From Azolla caroliniana (Eukaryota; Plantae; Polypodiophyta), in contig JBHGNT010000002.1 of the NCBI GenBank assembly GCA_043228905.1, forward strand, positions 8,680,001-8,744,000: 64,000 nucleotides of DNA, given 5' to 3'. Numbering within the stretch: position 1 is the stretch's first letter; every line of letters begins with the position of its first letter. The translations under genes were made by a program, and so were the position numbers. The notes under the pieces are model-generated. The model worked only from the letters and a program-made list of their open reading frames with translations. It was not told where the DNA came from and did not search any database. Shown here one piece after another: positions 25,135 to 34,735 of the stretch.

Positions 25135-26189
25135 AGTCTAAAGGGTTTGATTCTATTGCTCGTAAGGCCAATGGCAGTGTGGATACTGTTGATGTTGCGG
25201 CATGTTTAAAGGGCCCCATCTTGAAAGTAGATGTAGCAACTGACACAAGTGATCTGGTCACACAAGTTGATCAAGCATGTAGCACGGATGACTTGGTGTT
25301 GCAGGTAGATGCAGCATGTAGCACGGATGACTTGGTGTTGCAGGTAGATGCAGCATGTAGCACGGATGACTTGGTGTTGCAGGTAGATGCAGCATGTGAT
25401 ACCAGTGGATTGATATCGAGCAGAACAGTAGCTACATGCACTGAGGTAATCCAAGGATTGATAACTAAGTCGACAAAACAAGAGCACCAGAATGTGAAGC
25501 TAGGCCCAACACAGTCGACTAGGGGTTTAAAGAGGAAAAGGACACCAGTTGTGTCAACCGAACCTGAGCTGATTGAGATTGATCGTATCCTACCAGAAAA
25601 TGGTGTAACAGCGGCTCAGTTTCAGGAATGGAAACCTAAACCACTAGAAGTCGAGCGAAGAGCCTTGATCTTGGAGCTGGATAAAGTCTTGATGAGTGTG
25701 AGATATATGCAGCCAAGGAGGGACGCAAATCAGTTTCTAGAGTGGGCTGCGGAGCACTTCGATTTGTTTATTTGGAGTGAAAAACCAAAATCAGATGTGT
25801 GGAAGTGTTTGGCAAGATTCTTCCCAAAATGGCGAAGTCGTTTTAAAGGTCAATGGGCACGAGAAAATTGTGAGCAGATGGAAGCTGCAAGATTCAAGAG
25901 GCTTTCTGATTTTTGGGCTACTTGGCCTGAATATAATGCTGACAATACATTGATTTTGGATACAGAACATTTCCGACACTACTTCAATATTCGGAGATGC
26001 TGTCTCATTCTACCCGAGGAAATGCCTGAACAGTACCTGGTGCAAACAGTGAGCTGCCAACTAGGTGCATGGTTGTGGACTCCATACCGAGCTCAATATG
26101 CGGATAATATATGTAGACTCGTTCCACTGACTAGCAAGAGCTTAGCTGTTTATAGGAGATTTGTAGACATTGCCAATGGTAATTTATAA
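25135..26189 (+). CDS. Cargo exon/ORF: 13-aa repeats plus an FCP1/NIF (HAD-like, UBLCP1-type) domain with degenerate catalytic motifs
   Basis: LILELDKVL (in place of DxDxT), RRDANQFLEW..FDLFIWS, KRLSDFW..YNADNTLILDT follow the NIF domain pattern. Phase-1 acceptor TTGCAG ends at 25134. The ORF is open from 25056. Confidence 0.65.
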
Positions 26190-26319
26190 ATATGTAAAGA
26201 GATGACATTATTCAATGAAGAATTTAATTACTTGTTCCCACTGTACTTATCTACTGTGTAATTTGAGGAATATGTTGCAGATTGTTGATTTCATTCTATT
26301 GATGACTATTTAGCTATTG

Positions 26320-26826
26320 ACAGCTAATTAGCTGCATTTGTACAGCTAATTAGCTACTGATGACTATTTCGCTATAACTTATAACTTAAAACTTAACAAA
26401 AAAGACATGATTTTATTGAGAAAGAAGCACAGAAAGCAGACTGTATACAAGAAATTGATTCCAAACGAATTTATTGATCTGTTTTCACGAAATACATGTT
26501 TGTTTTACAAGAGAACATGGTAAGTGCTACTTGTAGCTACAAATTCCATGGCATACTATTGTAAATACATTTGTACAGCTAATTAGCTGCATTTGTACAG
26601 CTAATTAGCTACTGATGACTATTTCGCTATAACTTATAACTTAAAACTTAACAAAAAAGACATGATTTTATTGAGAAAGAAGCACAGAAAGCAGACTGTA
26701 TACAAGAAATTGATTCCAAACGAATTTATTGATCTGTTTTCGCGAAATACATGTTTGTTTTACAAGAGAACATGGTAAGTGCTACTTGTAGCTACAAATT
26801 CCATGGCATACTATTGTAAATACATT
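26320..26826. repeat. 255-bp tandem duplication covering the transposase 3' end
   Basis: 26341 matches 26596 onward nearly perfectly. Includes a second copy of the last codons (CIYNSMPWNL*). Confidence 0.92.
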
Positions 26827-29800
26827 CATACACATTAGCACCAACAGTGTATAAACCGGAGCAGCTATTGTATTCTGACATTGGGACGTTGATGCATCTG
26901 ACCAAATGAGAGTACATATACGCCGCTGGTTTGTCTTCTAACAGCCTGTACACATATTCGTAGTCATCTAGTTTTGCATAAAAAATGCCTTCGATGTAGA
27001 ATGTCCCGGCAGATACAAAATTTCCCCATGCATCTACAATATTCTGCCTTGCACACTGTTTACTAACCGTGCACTTTAATATATAGAAATCAGCACCCTC
27101 TGAATTGCCTTCTTCAGCATTTACAGCGAAGTTATCCCCAACGTTCAGGACATCACTCAAAGTATCTCCAAGTCCCTCATATGTGAAGTCAGCATTCTGC
27201 CCTGTTTCTCCATCAACTGCTTCCTTATCATTCAGAGTGTGATACTCCCAATTCTGAATGTATGCTTTGTTTAGACAATATCTCCAATTTCCCTGCACAC
27301 AATGGAAGCAAAAACAAGTCAATTCTCTAACCGCAATACAATGACCATCCAACCTGGAATAACCGCGAACAGCATGCAGAGATCGCAATTCGGGAATTCC
27401 TTGGCACTCCCAGGTCTTCTCCCTATTTACTTCATCTATCTTCACTTCCCAAAATTCACGTTTGATATCTCGAACTTGCGAGGAATAAACACCTGTGGCA
27501 CTCGTCGACATATTTGTTCTTAAAAATTCAACTACATGTGATGCACAATTCATGTGCACACCATCTGTCTTTAGTTGTTCATGGGTAAGTGCCCGCTTTA
27601 TAACAGCCCCTGCACCATCATGTTCACCTTTACCATGGCCAGACCCAAAAAAATTCCATCTCATCTCCAAACCTGTTATAGCAGGATACCTCCCCACAAA
27701 ATAAAATGGACGTCGAGCCTTGAATTGTGACGCAGCTCCGTCAGACCAGACCCAATGTTGAGTAAGCTCCAAACGTTGAGCTAATAACCACTGCCAATGT
27801 AACTTAAAACAGTGTTGGACGAACAAGGTATCATGCTTCTTATCATCGGAAATAAAGAAATGAATTACTTTTTTAACATCACCTGAAACTCGAAAATATG
27901 TTATGTGCACAAAAATGGTTACTTGAACTGAACACCAATGCATAGATTGAATTTCATTCTGCTGCTTGAAAGTATAATTCTCTGCGAAATCTACTACTGA
28001 GACTACTACATCATTTGGGAAATCAGATATGCAAGTCTTAAACTGATGGGCCTGCCATGAATAAATGAAGTTGTGTTTAATGAACTTTCCTAGAGATACT
28101 ACAAACAGAGACACCAAATCCCTTGGTTTAAGCATCTTCCGAACTAGATCCTTTCTTTTACACACCTTTCCTTCGAAATTGGTGTTCACTGACTCAAATA
28201 ACTTCACAGAGATCAATATTTCACTACTCAATTCATTTGGACACCACCTAAATCTAGTAGGGCCACAATCTTGACATAAACCCATGACACATTTATGAAT
28301 ATGGAAGATAGCGTCAGATTCTCTCGGACACAATATTGAATCTAATAAATAACTCATGGAAGAGATAACGTGCTCAGATGATTTACACTCCTCTTGCGGG
28401 CTTGATCGACAGATTTGGCACCCACATGTGCAAACTGTATTAGTTAGGGATGCGCTATGGTGACGTAGTAGATTAACAGAGTCCTTCAGAAAACCCATCT
28501 GTACATGGTAAATGCAACAACATGTGTATCGATCCTTTAAGCGTCTCACAAAGTGTGGCTTAAGAGACTCGAATGTTCGTAGTTGAACTTTGATAGTTGG
28601 ATGCATTCGTTTGAACCTAATAAATAAATCGACCTGCGTAATAAAGGGGAATTAGTTATTCTCGTAACTAGCTAACTATCCTAGTAGCTAATTAGCTATT
28701 CTAGTAGCTAGTTAGCTATTCTAGTAGCTAGTTAGCTATTCTAGTAGCTAGTTAGCTATTCTAGTAGCTAATTAGCTATCATGGTAGCTAATTAGTTGTC
28801 CTAGTAGCTAATTAGCTATCATGGTAGTTAATTAGCTGTCGTAGTAGCTAATTAGCTATCATGGTAGCTAATTAGCTATTCTAGTAGCCAATTAGCTATC
28901 ATGGTAGCTAATTAGCTGTCGTAGTAGCTAATTAGCTATCATGGTAGCTAATTAGCTGTCCTAGTAGCTAATTGGTTGTCCTAGTAGCTAATTAGCTATC
29001 ATGGTAGCTAATTAGCTGTCGTAGTAGCTAATTAGCTATCATGGTAGCTAATTAGCTGTCGTAGTAGCTAATTAGCTATCATGGTAGCTAATTAGCTATT
29101 CTAGTAGCTAATTAGCTATTCTAGTAGCTAATTAGCTATTCTAGTAGCTAATTAGCTATCATGGTAGCTAATTAGCTGTCGTAGTAGCTAATTAGCTACC
29201 ATGGTAGCTAATTAGCTGTCCTAGTAGCTAATTAGTTGTCCTAGTAGTTAATTAGCTATCATGGTGGCTAATTAGCTTGTCTACTAGCTAATTAGCTATC
29301 ATGGTGGCTAATTAGCTTTCCTAGTAACTAATTAGCTATCATGGTAGCTAATTAGCTGGTCTAGTAGCTAATTAGCTATCGTGGTAGCTAATTAGCTGGT
29401 CTAGTAGCTAATTAGCTATAATGGTGGCTGATTAGCTTTCCTAGTAACTAATTAGCTATCATGGTAGCTAATTAGCTGGTATAGTAGCTAATTAGCTATC
29501 ATGGTAGCTAATTAGCTGGTATAGTAGCTAATTAGCTATCATGGTAGCTAATTAGCTATCACGGTGGCTAATTAGCTGTCCTAGTAACTAATTAGCTATC
29601 ATGGTAGCTAATTAGCTGGTCTAGTAGCTAATTAGTTATAATGGTGGCTAATTAGCTATCCTAACTAATTAGCTATCATGGTAGTAGCTATTGAGAGTAG
29701 CCAGTTACCTATGTAGTAGCTATCATAGTAGCTAATTAGCTATCATGGTAGCTAATTAGCTTTCCTAGTAGCTAATTAGCTGGTAATAACGAAATAGCTA

Positions 29801-30618
29801 ACTAGCTACCATGATAGCTAACTAGCTAGCAGTACAGCTAATTACCATGTTGAGATAAATGTAAATACCTGAGGTACATCAAGAAGATGAATGGGATGCT
29901 CCTCGTATTGATTTCTTCCAACACGTTTCCTGCATAAATCCTTTTTATTGGGTGAAACCCTACTCTCATTAGTCCAAAACATTGTGATTACATCCTTGAT
30001 TTCAAATGTTATGGGTGTCATTGGCTTACATCTTGTAGTTAGCTTTAGTAGACTAGTTCCTTCACCCGAGGAAATTATACGGTTCATTGTATTGTACACT
30101 GTTTTTCTACTAACACCAATTACCTTAGATAGCTCACTGATGTTTATATCGTCAACATCACTATTAAGTAACATCATTAGACTAGACCTTTTTAAGACAA
30201 GATCATCTTCTGACCTGCTCATGGATACGAAACTATTACGAAGATTATTTACTAAAATAGATGATATGTTTGCATTAAGACCATCACAATCAACTAAGTC
30301 CTTTATCGATGGATCATTACATATTCCATAAAGTACTACCTTCTTTTCTTCATTGCTGATGTGCTTGGTTTGAACATTGAAATAGTCTACAACCTTTCTC
30401 TCTATGATGGTAGTCGCATTACTTACATTCTCAGCTAAACTATCCTTACCTTTACTGAGTGTGGCTTTCGTATCCTTCAACAATTGACGATGTTTCCTTT
30501 TTTTTTCTGCCCAATAGTTTCGTATGGCTTGTTGTGTCCTGATAACATCATCCCTATCCTTATGATCATTGAGGGGTAATTCTAAACACCCTTCTTCCCC
30601 TTCCATTTGGCTAGACAT
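26792..30618 (-). CDS. Sola2-like DDD transposase, 2 exons (30618-29869 and 28633-26792), 863 aa, intact
   Basis: Exon 1 has an HTH (ISELSKVIGVSRKTVYN). The phase-0 intron CAG|GTATTT..TACGCAG|GTC joins LLDVPQ to VDLFIRFKRMHP..FESLKP. A Cys-rich region follows, then VDFAENY, SDGAASQFK and FFGSGHGKGEHDGAG catalytic motifs. Confidence 0.88.
28665..29842. repeat. Palindromic TAGCTAATTAGCTA satellite II, 20-bp register with 40-bp dimers (fills the transposase intron)
   Basis: CTAGTAGCTAATTAGCTATC / ATGGTAGCTAATTAGCTGTC units lie within intron 28634-29868. Confidence 0.95.
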
Positions 30619-30914
30619 GTTAAAACCCTAAATTTCCAGAAAAAAAAACAAGTATTAAAGATGGCTATGGGCAACAACAATACACAAAAATATTCCACAC
30701 AATACACAAGATTAGACACAACAATACACAAGATAATCAATAGACAGAAAAGTTATTGCAATCCAAGACCGAACAGTAGAGGATTTCACTCTGTTGGATC
30801 CAACAGTTGAGGAGACGATCCAAGACCGACCAATGGCAACAACTGAGTGTAGAATGTTGCCGTTGGATGAGTGAACTCCGTCAAATCGAAATGTGGAAGC
30901 AATCCGGGACTGGA

Positions 30915-31605
30915 CAGTAGTGGCAACTGAGTATAGAATGATGGCAATGGAGGAGAGAACCCCGTCAGATTGAACAGTTACCGATGATGCTTGAAACGCA
31001 CATAGAAGGCACTTGAGAATAGAGTGGCATAGAGAAGAGAACCCCGTCAGATTGAACAGTTACCAATGATGCTTGAAACGCACAGTAGCGGCCCCTGAGT
31101 GAGAGTGGAAAAGAGAAGAGAACCCCGTCAGATTGAACAGTTACCAATGATGCTTGAAACGCACAGTAGCGGCCCCTGAGTGAGAGTGGAAAAGAGAAGA
31201 GAACCCCGTCAGATTGAATAGCTCTTTGATTATGCTTGGAACGCACAGTAGCAACCCCTGAGTGTAGAGTGGCAAAGAGAAGAGAACCCCGTCAGATTGA
31301 ACAGCTCTTTGATGATGCTTGGAACGCACAACAGCGGCCCCTGAGTGTAGAGTGGCACAGAGAAGAGAACCCCCTCAGATTGAACAGCTCTTTGATGATG
31401 CTTGGAACGCACAGTAATGGCCCCTGAGTGTAGAGTGGCAAAGAGAAGAGAACCCCGTCAGATTGAACAGCTCTTTGATGATGCTTGGAATGCACAGTAG
31501 TGGCCCCTGAGTGTAGAGTGTCACAGAGAAGAGAACCCCGTCAGATTGAGCAGCTCTTTGATGATGCTTGGAACGCACAGTAGCAGCCCCTCAGTGTAGA
31601 GTGGC
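30915..31605. repeat. 81-83-bp tandem repeat, about 8 copies, upstream of the transposase
   Basis: GAACCCC(G/C)TCAGATTGA starts at 30957, 31039, 31120, 31201, 31284, 31367, 31450 and 31533. Confidence 0.93.
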
Positions 31606-31933
31606 GGCAGGTGGACTCGATAGGGTTTAGCAACAGTGGTAGCAACTAACCCACAGTACTCAACTAGAGATGGCCTACGTGATGTGGCAAAGGATCATGC
31701 ATAATGGACCTAGGAATTCGATATATAATTTATGGTACACATTTATGGTGCACACATCAATTTATGTTGCACATTTATGGCACTCATTTACATATGTAAT
31801 TAAAACACTCTAGTATTTTCAATGGTAGTTTTTTGCATACTTAATTTATTAATGATGGCTTTTTACTAAAATGACTATTTATCAATGGTAGCTTTTTGCA
31901 TAGCTAATTAGCTATGTCAAGGACATAGCTAAT

Positions 31934-31958
31934 TGTTTCCACTCGCATGCTTTCACCC
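31934..31958 (-). repeat. Right TIR
   Basis: TGTTTCCACTCGCATGCTTTCACCC, the reverse complement of the left TIR with one mismatch. Confidence 0.93.
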
Positions 31959-32069
31959 TTTTCCCCCTTTCTTTTCATGTTTAAATTAACCCACACACAA
32001 GCTGAGATCACTATTGAGCAATTGCTCAGTACTACCTTGAATCAATTGGCCGAAATGAGGTAGGCCAAT

Positions 32070-32375
32070 ATGGCATTGGAAAAGAAATTCCAAGAATTGA
32101 CCATTGAGTCTAAGAAAGAAGGTGAACCTTGTTTTGTACTCACGCCATTCAAGGGAGATAAGAAAGAAAGAACCGAGGAGGCCATTAGCTCTTGGCTTGG
32201 TCGTTGGGAGTCTCACTTTGAGCTCCAACCCAAGCTCGATGCTGTAAAAATTGGTTATGTCGGTCGTGAGTTAGGTGGCCGAGCTGCTGCTTGGTGGTGC
32301 GGCCTAAGGACTGCAAAGAACTTACCCACAACTTGGGAAGGTTTCGTTGATGTTTTTAAGAAACAATTTTTGTAG
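32070..32375 (+). pseudogene. Ty3/gypsy retrotransposon gag fragment
   Basis: WLGRWESHF..KIGYVGRELGGRAAAWW..TWEGFVDVFKKQF, a typical Retrotrans_gag pattern. Confidence 0.8.
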
Positions 32376-32399
32376 CCACCTTCTCAAACTGACAAGCGC

Positions 32400-33508
32400 A
32401 ACACTTGTTCACGTTGTCGTAGGCACCACTATGTTCGCGAAAGGACAAAAGGTCGAATCAGATATCGACCTGTGGCACAAGTGGTTTGACCACGTCAATT
32501 TCCCGAAACTTTGTGAAATGCAGACGAACAACATTGTTTTCAGCTTACCGAAATGGCCAAGTTTGCGAAGCCTACCAGTTGGGAAAGCACCACCGACTTC
32601 CATTCCCCAACAAGCGTAATCGGAGTTGAAATTCCCTCGATTTAATCCATTCTGATGTGTGGAGACCGGCTTAGAACGTGAGCATCGGAGGAAGCCGTTA
32701 CTTCGTAACCTTCATCGATGACTTCACTCAGCTCACCTGGGCGTCCTTGATTGCGAAAAAGAGCGAAGTCTTTGCTTGTTTCCTAAAGGTGAAGAGCCTT
32801 GAGGAAAGGGAAACATGTCGTAAAATCAAGTGCCTTAGATCCGATGGTGTGAAGGAGTACTTCTCTAACCAGTTCACAAGTTATCTACAGAAAGAGGGAA
32901 TTCGACGCGAATTCTCATGTAGATACATACCGTAGCAGAACGGTGTGGCAGAGCAGAAGAATCGGACAATCGAAGAAGCGATCAGGTCAATACTTGAAGA
33001 GAAGCATATGCCGAAGTTCTATTGGGTTGAAGCCGTAAAGATGGCTGTTTACTTGTAGAATCAGACTTCTGCTAATGGAGGAGTGTTACCACATGAGTTG
33101 TACTTCGGCAAGAAGCCGAACTTGTCACACTTGAGGGTTTTCGGTAGCATCGTGTATGTGCATGTGCCAAAGGAGAAATGGAGGAAGCTGGACGCCAAAG
33201 TCGAGAAGTGTATCTTGGTTGGCTCCTCGAATGAACAGAAGGGTTATAAGTGTTATAACCCTCGAACCAAAAAAGCTCGCATAAGTCGTGATGTTGTGTT
33301 CAACGAGTCCGCATCGTGGTACTTGCCTTTGACTCGAACCCCTGACGACTCCATTCCGATCTTTGACGAAAAGGTCAGTGAGGCTCAAATGCCTCCGGAT
33401 GAAGGAGAGATTGGAGCTCCTGAAGAGTGTCTGATCTCATTCATGATAAATGGGCTGAATTAGCGATAGAGTCGGCATGACCAGTCAAACGCAGAGCCGG
33501 CATGTACT
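32400..33508 (+). pseudogene. Ty1/copia integrase fragments (host of the 33509-53531 insertion; continues at 53532-54184)
   Basis: LWHKWFDHVN, YFVTFIDDF, CLRSDG, HLRVFGS..YKCYNP..SRDVVFNE. Flanks at 33490-33508 and 53532-53590 match contiguous sequence at 57115-57200. Confidence 0.85.
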
Positions 33509-33983
33509 GGAAAGGAAAGCAAAGAGACGGCCAAATGTAAAAGACCCATACCCTAAACGTGAAAGCTATATAAACTACTTAGTAGTGGCTTTGTGGGGGT
33601 TCTCCCATTTGTAAAGATCTCCTATTGATTAGAGCTAGAGCTTCCTCTCCTCTTTCTTGTAAACCTTTGAGCTTAAGAGAGATTAGTGAAGTAGAACACT
33701 AATCTCTCTCCTTGTTGGTGCTAGACCTCTTAGCAAAAAGGGTTAATAATAGACATACTCTTGCTTCTTATTGTATATACTATTGATCTATTGTTTATGA
33801 GAGAGAGCTTGAGAGAGTGAGAGAGATATCGTGCTTAATCATTTACTAATCGTTGAGTGAGTGTGAGGCTCGAAGGTATCCGACAACCATCTCCACCCGA
33901 TTCGCCATCAAGAGGGTATACGCCGGTTCGAATCCCGCCACGACATCGAGGAGCTTACTCCATCGATACATAGATCCTTAACA
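33509..33983 (+). repeat. 5' LTR of element B (first ~83 bp missing)
   Basis: Matches 53047-53531 and ends CTTAACA. Confidence 0.9.
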
Positions 33984-33989
33984 TCTATT

Positions 33990-34007
33990 TGGCGCCGCTG
34001 CCGGGGA
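33990..34007 (+). promoter_or_regulatory. PBS (tRNA-Asp/Athila type)
   Basis: TGGCGCCGCTGCCGGGGA, 6 nt after the LTR. Confidence 0.85.
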
Positions 34008-34092
34008 AACAACCGACGCTTGAAGCCTATTTTCGAGTAGTCAAAAACTCGGAGGCAAACCACTCAACGAAGGAAGAATCGCAAGAGAACCA

Positions 34093-34425
34093 CCATTTTC
34101 TGTTTTTTTCATCATTTCATAGTTTAATTAAGTTCCATTTTTTGTTTTTTCATCATTTCATAGTTTAATTAAGTTCCACTTTCTGTTTTTTTCATCATTT
34201 CATAGTTTAATTAAGTTCCACTTTCTGTTTTTTTCATCATTTCATAGTTTAATTAAGTGCCATTTTTTGTTTTTTCATCATTTCATAGTTTAATTAAGTT
34301 CCATTTTCTATTTTTTTCATCATTTCATAGTTTAATTAAGTTCCATTTTCTGTTTTTTTATCATTTCATAGTTTAATTAAGTTCCATTTTCCGTTTTTCT
34401 CATTATTCCATAGGTTAATTAAGTC
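34093..34425 (+). repeat. 41-42-bp tandem repeat, about 8 copies, in the leader of element B
   Basis: Unit CCATTTTCTGTTTTTTTCATCATTTCATAGTTTAATTAAGTT. Confidence 0.93.
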
Positions 34426-34735
34426 ATAATTCTGTTTTTCTCATAATTCTGTTTTTCTCGGTTAACATTAAACATTGTGGAGATTAGGCCGTTACGGGGC
34501 AAGCATAATCACCGCGAGCCTCGCGGCTTACGATCACTCCACGGGCCACGAAGTGACCATTGGCGCCAAAAAGTTTGAATTTCCCACGCAAAGCTCATCG
34601 AAAGAACAACCTTCGACGAAGATTCATCCTTCGACGAATCTTCATCCTTCGACGAACCCTAAACCCTTCGACGAAGATTCATCCTTCGACGAAGATTCAA
34701 CCTTCGACGAACCTATAAAAACTTGACCAGAAAAC

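Larger units (their letters stand above)
19913..31958 (-). mobile_element. Complete 12,046-bp Sola2-like DNA transposon with cargo gene(s)
   Basis: 25-bp TIRs (24/25 identical), 5'-GGG..CCC-3' termini, TTTT on both flanks (19909-19912 and 31959-31962), intact DDD transposase. The Sola2 assignment relies on recalled family motifs and the GRG-termini/4-bp-TSD rule. Confidence 0.85.

Noticed and set aside
30915-31605. Regularly spaced repeats resembling a CRISPR array
   Set aside because: Whole 81-83-bp units are repeated with no unique spacers, there are no cas genes, and the context is eukaryotic.
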